DNA of 64,000 nt from Armatimonadota bacterium. Lineage in GTDB: Bacteria; Armatimonadota; UBA5829; DTLH01. Below the pieces are notes generated by a model. That model worked only from the letters and a program-made list of their open reading frames with translations, made no database searches and was not told where the DNA came from. Shown piece by piece: positions 27,308 to 37,057 of the stretch. The stretch lies in NCBI GenBank assembly GCA_039679675.1, contig JBDKUN010000021.1:1-64000 (forward strand). The letters are read 5' to 3'. Each line of letters begins with the position of its first letter. Position 1 is the stretch's first letter. The translations under genes and the position numbers were made by a program.

Positions 27308-27419
27308 CAATAATCTAGTGAAGTAGTAAAGAGGTTTCGGAAAGGGGGAGAACAAATTGACCACAAGAAGAAGCGACAAAGTCGCAATTTCCGAAAAGAA
27401 GAGAGGAGGAGGTGAAAGA

Positions 27420-28091
27420 ATGAAGAAGGTAATAGGAATAGTATTGGTGATGGGGTTGTTGCTGGGAATCACCAGCGTAGCAATGGCTGATTCAACTAAC
27501 TGGGTTATGAAAGTAACTGCAAGTAAGACGGATGGGACGTATTCTGGAGTAACCACTCAGTTTGGGTGGAGATCAGGCTACACTGACGGTATTGACACCG
27601 CCAAGAATGAGCTCGTTGCTCCGCCGGATCCGGTTACTGGTGACTCACTTGCTTACTGCGTAGCTCAGCTTGGTGTGGATAAGTCTATTAGTAAATATGA
27701 CTTCCGCCAATCATTGTCTGCAAGGTCGGCGATAACAGCAGCTACGCCCCTCGTTTGGACGTTTGCTATTTATTCTAAGGGTCCGGCTACCATTGATCCG
27801 ATTATGCTGAAGATCGAGCCTACAACTTACGCTTGGACTTCTGATCAGGGTACAGGTAAAGATCCGCTTGTGTTGTCATTCGCAACATCAACCGGTTTCT
27901 CGAAGACCTTCAATCCTAGTGATACACTTAGTGCATTCACGTTCAATGTATCCGGCCCTGCCACTATGACGGTAACAGTAGCACCGAAGTCTGCAACACC
28001 GCCGGTTAATACGCCTGAGCCGGGCAGCATGCTCGCACTCGGAAGCGGACTCGTAGGCCTTATGGGCTTCGCAATCCGCCGCAGGAAGTAA
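27420..28091 (+). CDS. PEP-CTERM sorting domain protein
   Basis: Signal peptide, Thr/Ser-rich body, C-terminal TPEPGSMLALGSGLVGLMGFAIRRRK; RBS ggaggtg. Confidence 0.95.
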   Translation: MKKVIGIVLVMGLLLGITSVAMADSTNWVMKVTASKTDGTYSGVTTQFGWRSGYTDGIDTAKNELVAPPDPVTGDSLAYCVAQLGVDKSISKYDFRQSLSARSAITAATPLVWTFAIYSKGPATIDPIMLKIEPTTYAWTSDQGTGKDPLVLSFATSTGFSKTFNPSDTLSAFTFNVSGPATMTVTVAPKSATPPVNTPEPGSMLALGSGLVGLMGFAIRRRK

Positions 28092-28130
28092 GAGAAATAC
28101 TTACACAGGGATTTATTCCTAAAAACAATT

Positions 28131-28168
28131 GCCACCGGGTCGCTTTAAACCCGGCCCGGTGGTTTTTT
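28131..28168 (+). terminator. Rho-independent terminator
   Basis: ccaccgggtcg/cggcccggtgg stem plus T6. Confidence 0.85.
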
Positions 28169-28432
28169 CAAAAGCCAGAAGCCTTATTATCAATAAATAT
28201 GCTGTAGATTGTTTCAAGTTAACTATTTCAATTATCGCACTTATATCTACTCTATTTACTTGCACTAATTTTACATTGAACTGGTCTTTTAATGAGATGG
28301 TTATAAGGTATGTATCTGGGGTGTAGTTTGAAATTCAGAATATACCTTGATAATCTTTTAATGAGAGAGAGGGAGGTGAAGGCAATGAAAAGATCTATAT
28401 CTAATCGTAATATTCAGAGAGGAGGTGATACA

Positions 28433-29113
28433 ATGCGAAGAGTAGTTCTAGTTGCCGTTCTTGCACTGTTCGTGGTTTGCGTAGGTGCAGTAAATGCTGA
28501 AACGGTCAGCACAACTTTATATCCAGGATTTAACTTGGTTGGTCCGGCTGCTGTGCCGCTCGATCCTAGTCCTACGACTGTCTTCAAGAGTAATGCAGGT
28601 GCAGCTTTAGATCTGTCCAACCTTGTTCGTTATGACTCGGTACTTAAAAGTTACATCAGCTATGATGAGCTTTTCCCTGAGGATTACGGTAATGTATTGC
28701 TCGGTGAGGGTGCTTGGTTAGCCCAGAGTAGTCAGATTGTATGGCAGTATGATGGCGCTCCTAATGGATTAGGGGATACCCAAGGCAACAACAAGACTGA
28801 TATGTGGATTTCCCTGCCAAAAGCAGGATTCAGTCTTATTGGAAACCCATTCAACAACAAAGTGATGTTAGCTAATATAAAAGTAACTAACGGATCAACT
28901 ACTGTTGGTTGGGATGAGGCAGTTGGCCTTTGCTGGCTTGATACTACAATGACCGGCTATGATGGAGTTACCCACAGTTACTTTGACGTAGGAACTGATG
29001 ATGTTCTTTTCGATCACGTAACATTGGATCCGTTCCATGGTTATTGGATACACAGCAGCATTGATAATCTGGCGCTGATCATTCCTGCATCTGCAATCGT
29101 TGTTGCTCAGTAA
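28433..29113 (+). CDS. Secreted hypothetical protein with two internal GFxLxG..P / GxGxW-like repeats
   Basis: Signal peptide; PGFNLVG..GEGAW and AGFSLIGNPF..PFHGYW; alternative start at 28385. Confidence 0.8.
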   Translation: MRRVVLVAVLALFVVCVGAVNAETVSTTLYPGFNLVGPAAVPLDPSPTTVFKSNAGAALDLSNLVRYDSVLKSYISYDELFPEDYGNVLLGEGAWLAQSSQIVWQYDGAPNGLGDTQGNNKTDMWISLPKAGFSLIGNPFNNKVMLANIKVTNGSTTVGWDEAVGLCWLDTTMTGYDGVTHSYFDVGTDDVLFDHVTLDPFHGYWIHSSIDNLALIIPASAIVVAQ

Positions 29114-29209
29114 TTTGCAGATTGCAAACTAAAAGGCAGTAAGTAACACAAGTTGAAATTAGAAATATCCGGCCACTACGGAATTAATTAGGGCAAAAGT
29201 CCCTTTAGG

Positions 29210-29241
29210 GAGGGTGGCTCTTGAGAGCCACCCTCTTTTTT
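29210..29241 (+). terminator. Rho-independent terminator
   Basis: gagggtggctc/gagccaccctc stem plus T6. Confidence 0.85.
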
Positions 29242-29391
29242 CATGCCATTTTTCGACCCAGGCCGCGTTGGTATTCCCCATTTTCGATCCCAGAGAAAAA
29301 CGCGAACTTTCCGCAGGCCGCAATCGTCTAGTAATTAAAGACATTACCGATAATTATGGTATATAGCGGCATGGATGCCGGGGAAGGCAGC

Positions 29392-29886
29392 ATGATGATA
29401 AAAAACACTCTTACAATGATACTTACCGCACTCGCGGTGCTTGCAGTAGCGGCAGTTGCCCTAGCAGAGACGCCTTCGCCTCTTGCAATGACCAATAAAA
29501 CCCTCGGGGGCGGACAGCTTAACGCTTATACTCCCGGAGTCGAGGGCGGCATGGGGCTTAATAACATCGGGCTCCTTGTCAAAACCTGCGGCGTTGTAAC
29601 TTATTGCGACGATACGAACAAGTTTTTCTATATTAACGATGGCTCCGGTCTGAAAGACGGCACCCAGAAGCTGGATGGGACGGATGTAATCGGCGTAAGG
29701 GTCTCCTATAAGGACCTTGCCCCCAATGTCTCCTTCACTCACCCGACACAAGGGGCATGGGTTACGATAACAGGCATCAGCAGCACGAGCGAGATATCAG
29801 TAGATAACGCAACAAGGATAGTCCCTACACTCATGCCGAGAAAGCAGGCGGATGTGCTGGAATCAAGTGTTGGCGGCCTTCCGTAG
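29392..29886 (+). CDS. Secreted hypothetical protein, probable OB-fold module
   Basis: Signal peptide; GLNNIGLLVKTCGVVT..FFYINDGSG..G.WVTITGIS..PR pattern. Confidence 0.75.
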   Translation: MMIKNTLTMILTALAVLAVAAVALAETPSPLAMTNKTLGGGQLNAYTPGVEGGMGLNNIGLLVKTCGVVTYCDDTNKFFYINDGSGLKDGTQKLDGTDVIGVRVSYKDLAPNVSFTHPTQGAWVTITGISSTSEISVDNATRIVPTLMPRKQADVLESSVGGLP

Positions 29887-29893
29887 GAAGCTG

Positions 29894-30838
29894 CTATTTT
29901 CCTATCAGCTCTGATACAGTTACCAGTTCGTATCCTCTGGCGCGGAGTCCATCTATGATTTCCGGCAGTGCATCTACGGTCGGACTGCTTCCGCAGTGCA
30001 TAAGGACAATCGAGCCGTCCTGCGACCGGTCGAGCACACGGTCCCTTATCTCGTCTGCCGCGATACCCTTCTTGAACGCATCCCAGCTATCGACCGTCCA
30101 ATATACTGACCGGTAGCCCTCATCATGCGCTACAGACAGCACGCGGGAATCACGCGCTCCGAACGGCGCCCGGAAGAGCGGCTTGGTTGAGATTCCAGCC
30201 GTAGACTGCACCAATTCTTCTGTCCTTGCCAACTGTTCCCGGATCTCATCATCCGTCAACTTCCTAAGGTCTGGGTGGGAATAAGTGTGGTTGCCGATCT
30301 CATGCCCAGCGGCAGCTATCTGCCGCGTAAGCTCTCTGTTGCCTTCTACCCACTTTCCCGTAAGAAAGAAGGTCGCTCTGACGCCTTTCGACGCCAATAT
30401 CCTAAGGAGTGCCGGTGTGGGCTTAGGGCTCGCTCCTGCGTCGAATGTGAGGGCTATCCTCCCTCCACCAGTCTGACCCTGTCTAAATTCAAGGGTGGAG
30501 CCAACAAACTGCCTGCCAGTACGTTTTGGAGCCGCCTCCCCTGCCCCACGGCTATTTGGAGTGACTTCCGTCACCGTCACATCAGTATCTTTGGGTTTCT
30601 CGCGCGATGGGGGTTCTTCTTTATCTACCTGAGCATTACTCTTCTCTGTACCTGTTGGCATCTCAGCAGAAGACGGCGTTGACGAGGGCTTATTTACCCT
30701 GCTTGTGCTGGACTTGCCGCTTCGCCCGCAAGAGCTGAGAAAAACAACCGAGGCGATTGCTATAAGTACGATAACTGCTGTGAGGATTAACCGCTCGCGG
30801 CGGCTTTCGCCGCCGCAAGCATTATAAAGCGAGGACAA
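29894..30838 (-). CDS. Polysaccharide deacetylase (CE4/NodB), probable lipoprotein
   Basis: IALTFDAG, GNHTYSH, FRAPFG, DSWD, IVLMH; lipobox LSSC. Confidence 0.92.
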   Translation of the reverse strand: MSSLYNACGGESRRERLILTAVIVLIAIASVVFLSSCGRSGKSSTSRVNKPSSTPSSAEMPTGTEKSNAQVDKEEPPSREKPKDTDVTVTEVTPNSRGAGEAAPKRTGRQFVGSTLEFRQGQTGGGRIALTFDAGASPKPTPALLRILASKGVRATFFLTGKWVEGNRELTRQIAAAGHEIGNHTYSHPDLRKLTDDEIREQLARTEELVQSTAGISTKPLFRAPFGARDSRVLSVAHDEGYRSVYWTVDSWDAFKKGIAADEIRDRVLDRSQDGSIVLMHCGSSPTVDALPEIIDGLRARGYELVTVSELIGK

Positions 30839-30872
30839 ATTACTACCTCTTGCTATCTGTTGAAGTCACCTT

Positions 30873-32177
30873 TCACTTGGACGCCTTGCCAGCAGGGATA
30901 CCGAGTTTCTCCTTAAGGACTTCAATCCCTTTGATCAACTGGACATCCTTCTTGAGATCACCAAACTCTATCACGTCTTCGCCGCTCTTGGGTTCTACGC
31001 TCGCAACGAAGACATCCGGCTTCACTCCGACCTTATTGATGTCCCTGCCCTTGGGAGTAAGGTACTTAGCCGTAGTGATTGCAACGGCCGATCCGTCATT
31101 CAAGGTCGACACAGTCTGCACGCAGGCTTTTCCGAAAGAGTTCGTACCTACGACCGTGCCTGCCTTGTTGTCCTGGATAGCGCCTGTGACTATCTCGGAC
31201 GCGCTGGCACTCTGTTTATCTACAAGCACTACCAGCGGATAGCGCTTATGATTGTGCTTCGAATTTTCGACGCAGAGTGCTTCCTCCTGGCCGCTCCGAT
31301 ACTTGATAATGACTATAGGGCCGCTCTCAACGAACCTGCTGCCTATATCGACAGCCATATTCAACAGCCCGCCGGGGTTCTGTCTCAGGTCGAAAACAAG
31401 CCCTTTCAACTTTTTATGCTCAAGTTGAGTTATAGCTGACTCGAACTGGCTGTCGCTGTGCTCATTGAAGCCGCGAAGCCGAATATAACCGATGCCATTG
31501 GCCGCATCGAGCATCTTCCACTCGACCATCTGGAACTCGACCATCCTGCGGACAATCGACAACTCGACAAGCTTTTTCTTAGGGCCCCTGAGTAGTGAGA
31601 GTTTTACTCTCGTGCCTTCCTCGCCGCGTATCCGGTCCACAACCTGGTCGATATCCAACCCAGCAATCGGCTTATCGTCTACTTTAAAGATAATATCGCC
31701 TGCCTTGACACCTGCGGCGAGGGCGGGACTGTTGGGTATAGGCTCCTTGATGTATACCTGCTGATCCTTATTTACCTGAAGCTGCGCGCCGATACCTACG
31801 AAGTTACCTTCATTCTCTTCCCTCATCTGCTTGTATGAGTCAGGATCGAGGAACCTGGTATACGGGTCGTCCAGCGCTGCGAGCATCCCACGAATAGCGC
31901 TGTAGGTCAACTGACGATCATCTATGGTCTTGCCGTAATAATCATCTTTGAGCTCGCCCAGCACCTTATAATAGGTCGGAAGGACAGGAAGCTCTGTATC
32001 GTCGTTCGAAGGCCGGTCGACAAACGTCTTGAGAAGGTCCGGCAGCCGGTTTATTCTCGCCTGAAGATCACTCGGATTTCCGCGCGAAGCGCTCACATCC
32101 GGGGCAATAAAGCCTACCATAAATGCCGCAATCAGGAGCAGCACGACCGGTAATGTATAATAAATCTTCCTGGTCAT
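30873..32177 (-). CDS. ctpA: S41 carboxyl-terminal processing protease, catalytic Ser/Lys intact
   Basis: LDDPYT, GIG PDZ, DLRQNPGG, SASASEI, SFGK. Confidence 0.93.
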   Translation of the reverse strand: MTRKIYYTLPVVLLLIAAFMVGFIAPDVSASRGNPSDLQARINRLPDLLKTFVDRPSNDDTELPVLPTYYKVLGELKDDYYGKTIDDRQLTYSAIRGMLAALDDPYTRFLDPDSYKQMREENEGNFVGIGAQLQVNKDQQVYIKEPIPNSPALAAGVKAGDIIFKVDDKPIAGLDIDQVVDRIRGEEGTRVKLSLLRGPKKKLVELSIVRRMVEFQMVEWKMLDAANGIGYIRLRGFNEHSDSQFESAITQLEHKKLKGLVFDLRQNPGGLLNMAVDIGSRFVESGPIVIIKYRSGQEEALCVENSKHNHKRYPLVVLVDKQSASASEIVTGAIQDNKAGTVVGTNSFGKACVQTVSTLNDGSAVAITTAKYLTPKGRDINKVGVKPDVFVASVEPKSGEDVIEFGDLKKDVQLIKGIEVLKEKLGIPAGKASK

Positions 32178-32183
32178 CCCGGT

Positions 32184-33581
32184 TTACCCTTTAACCTTTC
32201 CGGACATAAGCACTTCAATGCCTTTATCAAGCGTCTGGTCCGTGCCTGATTTCGCGCTGTCTGAAACCGTCACGTCCGCCACGAGTCCCTTATTTCTAAA
32301 GTCAACTCCTCGCGGAGTCAAATATTTACCTGTAGTCATACTGACGGCTGAACCATCAGACAATTTCATGAACGTCTGCTGAAGACTACCGCCGAATGTC
32401 TTGCTTCCTACCAGTTTGACACCTGCCCCATCATGGACCGCCGCAGCCAGCACTTCAGAAAGCCCTGTTGTGCCGGAGTTCACGAGAACAACCGTCTGTC
32501 CGGTCCATTGCCCGCCAGCCGGGGCAGCGCTTGCACTTAGAGTCCGGCGCTTGCCCTTGGGAAGCTGCAGAATGGAAAGCGGCTTCTTCGGTATCAGATT
32601 ACCGGCAATCGCCTCTGCGCTTTCGAGTGAGCCCCCAGGAGAATCTCTGAGATCGATCACTATTTTCTTGACGCCCTGTTTTTTGAAACCGGCAATCGCA
32701 CTACTAAACTCAGATTCAGCCGGTTTTATGATCAGGTTCAGGTCGATGTATCCGACGGAAGGGTTTACCAACCGCTCAGTGACAGGATCGACTACCGTCT
32801 CGCCCAGGGTCACCTTGATCTTGACCGGACTTGCAACCTTTGGTCTGGCTACCGTGAGAACATACTCTTTCGCATCATTGCTTGAGAGCATATCGATAAC
32901 CTTGTGGAACCCTATTCCATCCTTGAGCCGGTCGTTTTCATTCTCAAGCTGTTTTCTGAACTCCTGGTCGGTCATCTTCCCATTTTTGAGCAATTTCACA
33001 TATCTTTCGACGCGCTGGAAAGGATCGTATGGCAAAACAGCTTTTCCGTCGATCTTGGTGATGACATCGCCATCCATCAGGCCAGCTTTCTCAGCAGGGC
33101 TGCCCGGAAGCGTACTTGTCACGACCAATTTCTCTTCGGTTATCCCGCCCTGCTTGTCCTGCCTCACCGACATAACTGCTCCGGTCCCGTAGAACTTGCC
33201 GGACTGAGCTTCGGAGACCATTTTGGCCTGATCGACGGCAAAAAACCTGGTTTGTGGATCGTGAAGAGAATCGAGCATGGCGTTCAATGCTCCATAGGTC
33301 ATATCATGCTCGCGGCTCTTCTGAATCGGCTCCACAAACTCCTCGCGCAGCTGAGAGAGGACCTGATAAAACACCTGCATCGGACGTAGGTCCACATCCG
33401 AACGCGGAGTAATATCTGTCGGGGATGTGCTCGGCGCGGATGCCGAAAGTGAGCGGGACAGGACCTCCTCATGCTGGATTTTAGCAATCGGATCATTCCG
33501 GTCTACCTGCGACCGCGCTATGAACCCTGCAGCCATAGCCACTATGACAAGACAAACTAAGGCGAATCGCTTCATACGCAT
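32184..33581 (-). CDS. S41 protease paralog lacking catalytic Ser and Lys
   Basis: LHDPQT, PDZ and DLRDSPGG present, but TTGLSEV and TFGGS at the catalytic motifs. Confidence 0.88.
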   Translation of the reverse strand: MRMKRFALVCLVIVAMAAGFIARSQVDRNDPIAKIQHEEVLSRSLSASAPSTSPTDITPRSDVDLRPMQVFYQVLSQLREEFVEPIQKSREHDMTYGALNAMLDSLHDPQTRFFAVDQAKMVSEAQSGKFYGTGAVMSVRQDKQGGITEEKLVVTSTLPGSPAEKAGLMDGDVITKIDGKAVLPYDPFQRVERYVKLLKNGKMTDQEFRKQLENENDRLKDGIGFHKVIDMLSSNDAKEYVLTVARPKVASPVKIKVTLGETVVDPVTERLVNPSVGYIDLNLIIKPAESEFSSAIAGFKKQGVKKIVIDLRDSPGGSLESAEAIAGNLIPKKPLSILQLPKGKRRTLSASAAPAGGQWTGQTVVLVNSGTTGLSEVLAAAVHDGAGVKLVGSKTFGGSLQQTFMKLSDGSAVSMTTGKYLTPRGVDFRNKGLVADVTVSDSAKSGTDQTLDKGIEVLMSGKVKG

Positions 33582-33638
33582 CTTTAGTCACTTTCCTAAT
33601 GATGGACGTGGTTCGGATCCGCCGCAGTCCCAATTTTT

Positions 33639-33717
33639 TATGGATTTTCGGCAATCGTATGCCAACTACTGCCGAGAATCGCCTGGGAGAGCTTCAGTTG
33701 TCGCCTGAAACCCAATA
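33639..33717. repeat. TA-flanked double-hairpin element D, degenerate copy
   Basis: TAtggattttcggc..gccgagaatc..gagcttcag..ctgaaacccaaTA. Confidence 0.7.
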
Positions 33718-33854
33718 AGATGCCAGCCTTCGCTGCGGATTTCTGAACCCAAATTACTACGAGAAAAGAGTCTGCGAAAGCTGTGACAGCCTTCGCACCT
33801 CTTAGCATTATACCATAGGCCAAACCACTGTCAACAATTGTGAAAAAATGAAAA

Positions 33855-34115
33855 CTAATCTCCGTCTGTACTCAGCAGGTCTTTCGTCCGCTTGAGCATA
33901 TCGGACTGGCTCTCCTTTTCCTTCTGCAGCTTGCGGACTTCAGCCAGATCGATATAGACCTTGCCGAGCCCTTCAATATCTGTCCGTGAGAAATCAAGGA
34001 CAAGCCAGCCATCTTCACTGGTTTTACCCTCATAGCTCGTTACAACCTGCATCTTTTCCCTTGAAAATAGCATCTCAAGTCTCCTATTTACCGGCAATGA
34101 ATATATTATCCGCAT
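33855..34115 (-). CDS. Small hypothetical protein
   Basis: 86-aa ORF with plausible composition; start uncertain. Confidence 0.55.
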   Translation of the reverse strand: MRIIYSLPVNRRLEMLFSREKMQVVTSYEGKTSEDGWLVLDFSRTDIEGLGKVYIDLAEVRKLQKEKESQSDMLKRTKDLLSTDGD

Positions 34116-34276
34116 ACCTCACCACAAAAGCAACCGTAATCTGGCCGTACAGAAGAAACAGCCCCGACTCTAATTTGTATATAATACGGAAACGAATAAA
34201 GCAGTCTTATCAGGATGAAATGCCTCGATTAGAAGGCATTATTTCCATGGAAAGGACAAAGGAGGAAAAAATCCGA

Positions 34277-35638
34277 TTGAAAAAGCGTTTATCTGTATCG
34301 ATCCTGCTCCTGGCTCTTGCAACAGGAGTTGCGTGCTCGGCTCCCGCAGCTAAAAAGGTGGCGAAACCTGCCCCTGCGAAATCTCTCCCGGCTGTAATGC
34401 AGGCCACCGGGACTTTCGATGGAGGAGAACTATTAGCAAAGGTCTCCATTTTCGCCGCGCCGGATGAGTCCGAACCGGCATCATTTACTATAAAGTCGCC
34501 GAAAGCTTTCTCATGCGTGACAGTAAAGCTGTCCGGCGACCTGAATGCGGGAAAGACTTCAATACCTGCAAGCCGGGTCGTGCTCTCGGCAGTCGAAGAG
34601 ACAAAACTAGCGCCAATATCGTCTTTTGAGCTTCAGCCGGGAAATGCAAAGCGGTTCTGGATGAGGATCGATGTGCCCGCCCGCACAGCAGCAGGGCTCT
34701 ATAAAGGCACTTTATCAGCATCAGCAAACGGAAAAGTCATCGGTAAGCTGCCGGTCGAGCTGAATGTGCTCGGAATACGGCTACTCAAGACATCCAAGCG
34801 AAACGGTATCATGATGCCGCAGGTCGAAGCGATTGATGAGACTTATACCCAGGCACTTCAGTCAATGAAAGATTGCGGTTTCGGATGGGCAACAATCACC
34901 ACGCCGGTCGCCCAGCTTGGCGATACTGTGGGAATTATGAAGCAGGCCGGAACCGCCGGGCTTCCGATAATATGCGCATCCTCTGACCTTACACCGGACA
35001 CCATAACAGTAGCCTGTGAGCAGGCGAAATCGGTATCGCTCAGGAATATGCTTCTGTCTGCAGCAAACGGGCCTAAAACTCCTGAGGAGATTCAGGCTGC
35101 GTGCGATATGTCCCAGGCAATTCACAACGTCAAGCAGAAATCCTTCGCGGTAATCGACGATGAGGCGGCGCTCAGCCAGCTTAGCGGGTCGCTCGATGCC
35201 ATCGACTACAAATTGGACCTCTCTTATGTCCAGGGGCTGATGGCCGGAGCAAAAAGAACCGGCGGTAAAAATGAATGGGTGTATTGGAATGCTGTTGCAA
35301 GCCCCAAAGACAACCGCGTTTACTCAGGGTTTCTGCTCTGGAAGTCAGGGCTTGATGGAATGTATCTGCCGATGCCCTCTTTGGATTCGTTGACCGGCAC
35401 GGTGCAGTGGGAAGCGCTTCGTGAAGGGATTGATGATACACGTTATCTCACAACACTCATGGACCTCGTTCGGCAGGCCAAGGACCTCAAAAAAGCCGGG
35501 GATGTCACAGATGCTGCCGAGGCTTATGTGAATGCGGTGTTTGCAAAACCGCTTACGGAGATGTCGAACAAAGATTATCAGGGTTATAGATTGCAGATCG
35601 CGCAGTACATAATGAAGCTTCAAACAGTTGCAAAGTAG
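34277..35638 (+). CDS. Exported protein resembling GH123/DUF4091-type glycoside hydrolase-like proteins
   Basis: TTG start after ggagg, signal peptide ending GVAC, FWMRIDVP..AGLYKG and QWEALREGIDD.RY motifs. Confidence 0.7.
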   Translation: MKKRLSVSILLLALATGVACSAPAAKKVAKPAPAKSLPAVMQATGTFDGGELLAKVSIFAAPDESEPASFTIKSPKAFSCVTVKLSGDLNAGKTSIPASRVVLSAVEETKLAPISSFELQPGNAKRFWMRIDVPARTAAGLYKGTLSASANGKVIGKLPVELNVLGIRLLKTSKRNGIMMPQVEAIDETYTQALQSMKDCGFGWATITTPVAQLGDTVGIMKQAGTAGLPIICASSDLTPDTITVACEQAKSVSLRNMLLSAANGPKTPEEIQAACDMSQAIHNVKQKSFAVIDDEAALSQLSGSLDAIDYKLDLSYVQGLMAGAKRTGGKNEWVYWNAVASPKDNRVYSGFLLWKSGLDGMYLPMPSLDSLTGTVQWEALREGIDDTRYLTTLMDLVRQAKDLKKAGDVTDAAEAYVNAVFAKPLTEMSNKDYQGYRLQIAQYIMKLQTVAK

Positions 35639-35652
35639 TTTGACTTAGCAAA

Positions 35653-35682
35653 AAGCCGGTCTGTCTTGAAATGGACCGGCTT
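35653..35682. terminator. Terminator-like hairpin
   Basis: aagccggtc/gaccggctt. Confidence 0.6.
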
Positions 35683-35812
35683 CTCGACCTTGGCCCTTTT
35701 TGCAATAAAAAGGGTTGGTTATGGTTCTGCTAGTTATACCATAATCTGCTAACAAGGTGTCCACTAAATAGGATACAGTGCCAAACAAGGCAACACAAGC
35801 GGAGGAGGTAGT

Positions 35813-36934
35813 ATGAGTTCAATAAGTGCTAAAAAAGAAAACATTCACCTTGCTGCCAGATTAGGAGAGATAAAGCAGGTAGAAGAGCTTCTTAATTCTG
35901 GAATTGATGTAGATATCAAAGATAGAAATAGCTATACCCCTCTGCGCCATGCGGCTGAGTCACAGAAAAAAGAAGTAGTAAAGCTGCTCTTGACTAAAGG
36001 AGCTAAACCTGATTTACACATAGCTGCCTGCCTGGGTGATGATAAAATGCTGATTGATCTCATAAACCAAGGTATGGACGTAAACTCTACTGACAGCTTA
36101 GGTGAAACCCCACTGCACATGGCAGCACAGAATGATCATGTTGACACTGTTAACCTGCTCATTTCGAAAGGCGCAAATACAAACGCTAAAAACAATCAAT
36201 GGCAAACACGGACACCTCTTCACTATGCAGCCGAATTTCGCAACAACAAGGTCGTAGAATTGCTGTTGAAGGCTGGTGCTGATGTTAATGTAAAGGACAA
36301 CTATGGAAATACTCCCCTTGCAGCAGCAGTTGAATGGTCCGGCGACTATGATGTAAACACTGAAAAGCTTTTGCTTGATGGTGAAGCGGATGTAAATGCT
36401 GTGGATAATAGGAAATATTCTTCTCTACATATCGCCGTATATCATGGTGTGCTTAATCTGGCTAAGTATCTGATCAGCAGAGGCGGCAAAACTGATCTGT
36501 ACATCGCATGTGGATTGGGCGACGAGGTTCAGGTGAGCAGTTTCATTTCGAGTGGTGCGGATATCAACGCAAAAGATATGCTGGGGCGTACTCCGCTGCA
36601 TTGGGCTGCTGAGAACAGTCAGGCAGCTATTGTAAGGCTCCTTCTTGCCAATGGAGCTAATGTGAATGCAATAGATGAGGATGGACGCTCGCCGCTTCAT
36701 CAAGCAATAAAGGGGCCAAATCACTTCAACAGACCAGCTACCAGAAGTAAAGTGCTGGGCTATATTGACAATAAGAACCGATATAGGGTTGTAGAGTTAC
36801 TTATATCAGGCTGAGCTGATTTGAATGCCGAGTCAAGAGATGACGGAGAAACACCTCTTGAGATGGCAATCTCAGAAGAACATGGCCAGATAGAGCGATT
36901 GCTGCGTAAAAACGGAGCACGTTGTTCTGTCTGA
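35813..36934 (+). pseudogene. Ankyrin-repeat protein with internal TGA at 36812-36814
   Basis: Multiple G.TPLH.AA..LL..GA.VN repeats; the frame continues after the TGA as ADLNAESRDDGETPLEMAISEEHGQIERLLRKNGARCSV*. Confidence 0.85.
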
Positions 36935-37057
36935 AAGTGTTGATGCATGGGACGGGTGGAGAGTATATTGATTTTCAGGTGAAACGGAATCTTTCCCCAA
37001 ACGGGGATAGAACCCATCCGGCCTGCACTGCAAATACAGCCCGAGAAATCCATAGCA

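Noticed and set aside
33986..34276. Long N-terminal extension of the 550-aa ORF
   Set aside because: It overlaps an opposite-strand ORF; the RBS and signal peptide point to TTG 34277
36812..36814. TGA recoded as Gly (genetic code 25) or selenocysteine
   Set aside because: Many genes here end in TGA at expected lengths, and the position is a structural ankyrin Gly rather than a Cys site
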